Below the pieces are notes generated by a model. The model made no database searches and was not told the DNA's origin. It saw nothing but the letters and a program-made list of their open reading frames with translations. A stretch of DNA of 64,000 nt from Eledone cirrhosa (taxonomy: Eukaryota). Position numbers and translations under genes: made by a program. The stretch lies in NCBI GenBank assembly GCA_964016885.1, contig OZ024744.1, forward strand, positions 130,386,001-130,450,000. The letters are read 5' to 3'. Positions 59,830-64,000 of this stretch are shown here, in pieces (positions within the stretch are counted from its first letter, which is position 1; every line of letters starts with the position of its first letter).

Positions 59830-62800
59830 AGTCGGGGTTAAGTTAAGTTGGCGTTAAGTTAAGTTGGCGTTAAGTTAAGTTAGGCTTAACTTAAGTTGGG
59901 GTTCAGTTAAGTTGGGGGTAAGTTAAGTTGGGGGTAAGTTAAGTTGGGGGTAAGTTAAGTTGGGGTTAAGTTAAGTTGCGGTTAAGTTGGGGTTAAGTTA
60001 AGTTAGGGTTAAGTTAAGTTGGGGTTGAGTTAAGTTGGGGTTAATTAAGTGGTGGTTATGTTAAGTTGGGGTTAAGTTAAGTTGAGGTTAATTTAAATTG
60101 GGGTTAAGTTAACTTTGTGGTTAAGTTAAGTTGGGGTTAAATTAAGTTGGGGTAAAGTTGGGGTTGAGTTAAGTTGGGGTTGAGTGAAGTTGGGGTTAAG
60201 TTAAGTTGGGGTTAAGTTAAGTTGGGGTTAAGATAAGTCGGGGTTAAGTTAAGTTGTGGTTGAGTTAACTTGGGGTTAATTTAAGTTGGGGCTAAGTTAA
60301 TTTGTGGTTAAGTTAAGTTGGGGTTAAGTTAAGTTGGGGTTAAGTTAAGTTGGGGTTGAGTTAAGTTGGGGTTGAGTTAATTTGGGGTTAAGTTAAGTTG
60401 GGGTTAAGTTAAGTTGGGTTTAAGTTAAGTTGGGGTTAAATTAAGTTGGGGTTAAATTAAGTTGGGGTTAAGTTAAGTTGGGGGTAAGTTAAGTTGGGGG
60501 CAAGTTAAGTTGGGGTTAATGTAAGTTGGGGTTAAATTAAGTTGGGGTTACGTTAAGTTGGTGTTAAGTTAAGTTGGGGTTAATTTAAGTTGGGGTTAAT
60601 TAAGTTGGGGTTAAGTTAAGTTGGGGTTAAGTTAAGTTGGGGTTAATTTAAGTTGGGGTTGAGTTAAGTTGGGGTTAAGTTAAGTTGGGGTTATATTAAG
60701 TTGGGGTTAAGTTAAGTTGGGGTTCAGTTAAGTTGGGGTTAAGTTAAGTTGGGGTTAAGTTAAGTTGGGGCTAAGTTAAGTTGGGGCTGAGTTAAGTTGG
60801 GGCTGAGTTAAGTTGGGGCTAAGTTAAGTTGGTGTTGAGTTAAGTTGGGGTTAAGTTGGGGTTAAGTTAAGTTAGGTTTAAGTTAAGTTGGGGTTAAGTT
60901 AAGTTGGGGTTACGTTAAGTTGGGGTTAAGTTAAGTTGGGCTTAAGTTAAGTTGGGGTTAAGTTAATTTGTGGTTAAGTTAAGTTGTGGTTAAGTTAAGT
61001 TGGGGTTAATTTAAGTTGGGCTTAAGTTAAGTCGGGGTTAAGTTAAGTTGGGGTTAAGTTAAGTTGGGGTTAATTTAAGTTGGGGTTAAGTTAAGTTGGG
61101 GTTATGTTAAGTTGGGTTTAAGTTAAGTTGGGGTTAAGTTAAGTTGAGGTTAAGTTAAGTTGGGGTTAAATTAAGTTGGGGTTAAGTTAAGTTGGGGTTA
61201 AGTTAAGTTGGGGTTAAGTTAAGTTGGGGATAAGTTAAGTTGGGGATAATTTAAGTTGGGGTTAAGTTAAGTTGGGTTTAAGTTAAGTTGGGTTTAAGTT
61301 AAGTTGGGGTTAAGTTAAGTTGGGGTTAAGTTAAGTTGGGGTTAAGTTAAGTTGGGGCTAAGTTAAGTTGGGGCTGAGTTAAGTTGGGGTTAAGTTAAAT
61401 TGGGGTTAAGTTAAGTTGGGGTTAAGTTAAGTTGGGGTTAAGTTAAGTTGGGGTTTATTTAAGTTGGGGTTAAGTTAAGTTGGGGTTCAGTTAAGTTGGG
61501 GTTCAGTTAAATGGGGTTAAGTTAAGTTGGGGTTAAGATGGGGTTAAATTAAGTTGGGGTTAAGTTAAGTTGGGGTTAAGTTAAGTTGGGGTTAAGCTAA
61601 GTTGGGGTTAAGTTAAGTCGGGGTTAAGTTAAGTCGGGGTTAAGTTAAGTTAGGGTTCAGTTAAGTTGGGGTTAAGTTAAGTTGGGGTTGAGTTAAGTTG
61701 GGGTTGAGTTAAGTTGGGGTTAAGTTAAGTTGGGGTTAAGTTAAGTTGCAGTTAAGTTAAGTTGAGGTTAAGTTAAGGTGCGGTTAAGTTAAGTTGGGCT
61801 TAAGTTAAGTTGGGGCTAAGTTAAGTTGGGGCTCAGTTAAGTTGGGGCTAAGTTAAGTTGGGGTTAAGTTAAGTTGGGGTTAATTTAAGTTGGGGTTAAG
61901 TTAAGTTGGGGTTAAGTTAAGTTGGGGTTAAGTTAAGTTGGGTTTAAGTTAAGTTGGGGTTAAGTTATGTTGGGGTTGAGTTAAGTTGGGGCTGAGTTAA
62001 TTTGGGGTTAAGTTAAGTTGGGGTTAAGTTAAGTTGGGTTTAAGTTAAGTTGGGGTTAAATTAAGTTGGGGTTAAAATAAGTTGGGGTTAAGTTAAGTTG
62101 GGGGTAAGTTAAGTTGGGGGCAAGTTAAGTTGGGGTTAATTTAAGTTGGGGTTAAATTAAGTTGGGGTTACGTTAAGTTGGTGTTAAGTTAAGTTGGGGT
62201 TAATTTAAGTTGGGGTTAATTAAGTTGGGGTTAAGTTAAGTTGGGGTTAAGTTAAGTTGGGGTTAATTTAAGTTGGGGTTGAGTTAAGTTGGGGTTAAGT
62301 TAAGTTGGGGTTATATTAAGTTGGGGTTAAGTTAAGTTGGGGTTAATTTAAGTTGGGGTTAAGTTAAGTTGGGGTTAAGTTAAGTTGGTGTTAAGTTAAG
62401 TTTGGGCTAAGTTAAGTTGGGGTTGAGTTAAGTTGGGGTTAAGTTGGGGTTAAATTAAGTTAGGTTTAAGTTAAGTTGGGGTTAAGTTAAGTTGGGGTTA
62501 AGTTAAGTTGTGGTTAAGTTAAGTTGGGGTTAAGTTAAGTTGGGGTTAAGTTAAGTCGGGGTTGAGTTAAGTTGGGGTTAAGTTAAGTTGGGGTTAATTT
62601 AAGTTGGGGTTAAGTTAAGTTGGGGTTAAGTTAAGTTGGGGTTAAGTTAATTGGGGTTAAGTTAAGTTGGGGTTAAGTTAAGTTGAGGTTAAGTTAAGTT
62701 GGGGTTAAATTAAGTTTGGGTTAAGTTAAGTTGGGGTTAAGTTAAGTTGGGGATAAGTTAAGTTGGGGATAATTTAAGTTGGGGTTAAGTTAAGTTGGGT

Positions 62801-63327
62801 TTAAGTTAAGTTGGGGTTAAGTTAAGTTGGGGTTAAGTTAAGTTGGGGTTAAGTTAAGTTGGGGTTAAGTTAAGTTGGGGCTAAGTTAAGTTGGGGCTGA
62901 GTTAAGTTGGGGTTAAGTTAAGTTGGGGTTAAGTTAAGTTGGGGTTAAGTTAAGTTGGGGTTAATTTAAGTTGGGGTTAAGTTAAGTTGCGGGTAATTTA
63001 AGTTGGGGTTAAGTTAAGTTGGGGTTAAGTTAAGTTGGGGTTAAGTTAAGTTGGGGTTAAGTTAAGTTGGGGTTAAGTTAAGTTGGGGTTTATTTAAGTT
63101 GGGGTTAAGTTAAGTTGGGGTTCAGTTAAGTTGCAGTTAAGTCAAGTTGAGGTTAAGTTAAGGTGCGGTTAAGTTAAGTTGGGGTTAATTTAAGTTGGGG
63201 TTAAGTTAAGTTGGGGTTAAGTTAAGTTGGTTAGTTAAGTTGAGTTTAAGTTAAGTTGGGGTTAATTTAAGTTGGGGTTAAGTTAAGTTGGGGTTAAGTT
63301 AAGTTGGGGTTAAGTTAAGTTGGAGTT

Positions 63328-63502
63328 AACCCCAACTTAACTTAACCCCAACTTCACTCAACCCCAACGTAACTCAACCCCAACTTAACTTAACCCCAAC
63401 TTCACTCAACCCCAACTTAACTTAACCCCAACTTCACTCAACCCCAACTTCCAACTTGACTTAACCCCAACTTAACTTAGCCCCAACTTAACTTAAGCCC
63501 AA
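63328..63502 (-). repeat. Inverted satellite block, type A' with mutated junction GGAGTT|AACCCC
   Basis: G>A at 63324 breaks the junction palindrome; triple ttgggggtaag tail. Confidence 0.93.
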
Positions 63503-64000
63503 AGTCGGGGTTAAGTTAAGTTGGCGTTAAGTTAAGTTGGCGTTAAGTTAAGTTAGGCTTAACTTAAGTTGGGGTTCAGTTAAGTTGGGGGTAAGTTAAG
63601 TTGGGGGTAAGTTAAGTTGGGGGTAAGTTAAGTTGGGGTTAAGTTAAGTTGCGGTTAAGTTGGGGTTAAGTTAAGTTAGGGTTAAGTTAAGTTGGGGTTG
63701 AGTTAAGTTGGGGTTAATTAAGTGGTGGTTATGTTAAGTTGGGGTTAAGTTAAGTTGGGGTTAATTTAAATTGGGGTTAAGTTAACTTTGTGGTTAAGTT
63801 AAGTTGGGGTTAAGTTAAGTTGGGGTAAAGTTGGGGTTGAGTTAAGTTGGGGTTGAGTGAAGTTGGGGTTAAGTTAAGTTGGGGTTAAGTTAAGTTGGGG
63901 TTAAGATAAGTCGGGGTTAAGTTAAGTTGTGGTTGAGTTAAGTTGGGGTTAATTTAAGTTGGGGCTAAGTTAATTTGTGGTTAAGTTAAGTTGGGGTTAA

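Larger units (their letters stand above)
1..64000 (+). repeat. Tandem satellite array of 16-bp monomer TTAAGTTAAGTTGGGG (roughly 4000 monomers) with higher-order structure; runs off both window ends
   Basis: Monomer read directly throughout. Variant monomers (ttggtg, ttgcag, ttgagg, ggtgcgg, ggggct, tcgggg, ttgagtgaag) recur in conserved order, showing kb-scale higher-order repeats. Confidence 0.99.

Noticed and set aside
476-63502. Inverted blocks as sequencing or MDA fold-back chimeras
   Set aside because: Random chimeras would have variable breakpoints and mirror their immediate flank. These blocks share fixed junctions, fall into heritable types with private SNPs, and usually differ from the adjacent flank. 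Copy number could still be mis-assembled.
1-64000. Protein-coding ORF or repetitive protein gene
   Set aside because: TTAA gives TAA on both strands twice per monomer and the 16-bp period rotates frames, so all six frames are closed within about 48 bp. ATG occurs only in rare variants.
1-64000. CRISPR array
   Set aside because: No unique spacers. The sequence between recurring elements is the same monomer, and there are no cas genes or leader.
1-64000. Active telomerase-synthesised terminal tract
   Set aside because: Variant monomers are propagated in kb-scale blocks and orientation flips repeatedly, unlike a homogeneous unidirectional telomerase product. Only a telomere-derived origin is kept as a hypothesis.
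1-64000. Information-encoding or synthetic variant code
   Set aside because: The variant order is explained by nested duplications with sporadic private substitutions, as expected from natural satellite evolution.

Overview
The whole 64-kb window is one non-coding tandem satellite array. Its monomer is the 16-mer TTAAGTTAAGTTGGGG, i.e. (TTAAG)2 plus TTGGGG, and the consensus has no C on the + strand. I find no genes, RNA genes, CRISPR spacers or transposon ORFs. TAA stops occur on both strands, and because 16 is not a multiple of 3 all six frames close within about 48 bp. The array is interrupted 32 times by short blocks of the same monomer in reverse orientation. Thirty blocks are full length, in three related types (A 175 bp x14, B 184 bp x11, C 216 bp x5), and two are 56-bp truncations. 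Each block starts at a spacerless palindromic junction GGGGTT|AACCCC (GGAGTT|AACCCC at 63328), and each full-length block ends at AAGCCCAA|AGTCGG. Blocks recur mostly every 1.5-2 kb within nested higher-order repeats and recent tandem duplications of about 0.22, 2.1, 2.65, 4.2 and 8.0 kb. A second, inversion-poor subfamily with a unit of about 3.7 kb occupies about 37.9-43.6 kb and 54.4-64 kb. The most notable details are a 144-bp near-perfect palindrome at a duplication junction (32935-33078), a variant-specific 59-bp inverted repeat bracketing a 500-bp module, and the telomere-like design of the monomer. The organism and chromosomal role cannot be determined from the sequence; eukaryotic heterochromatin is an inference. 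Coordinates and offsets were read by eye and may be off by a few bases.
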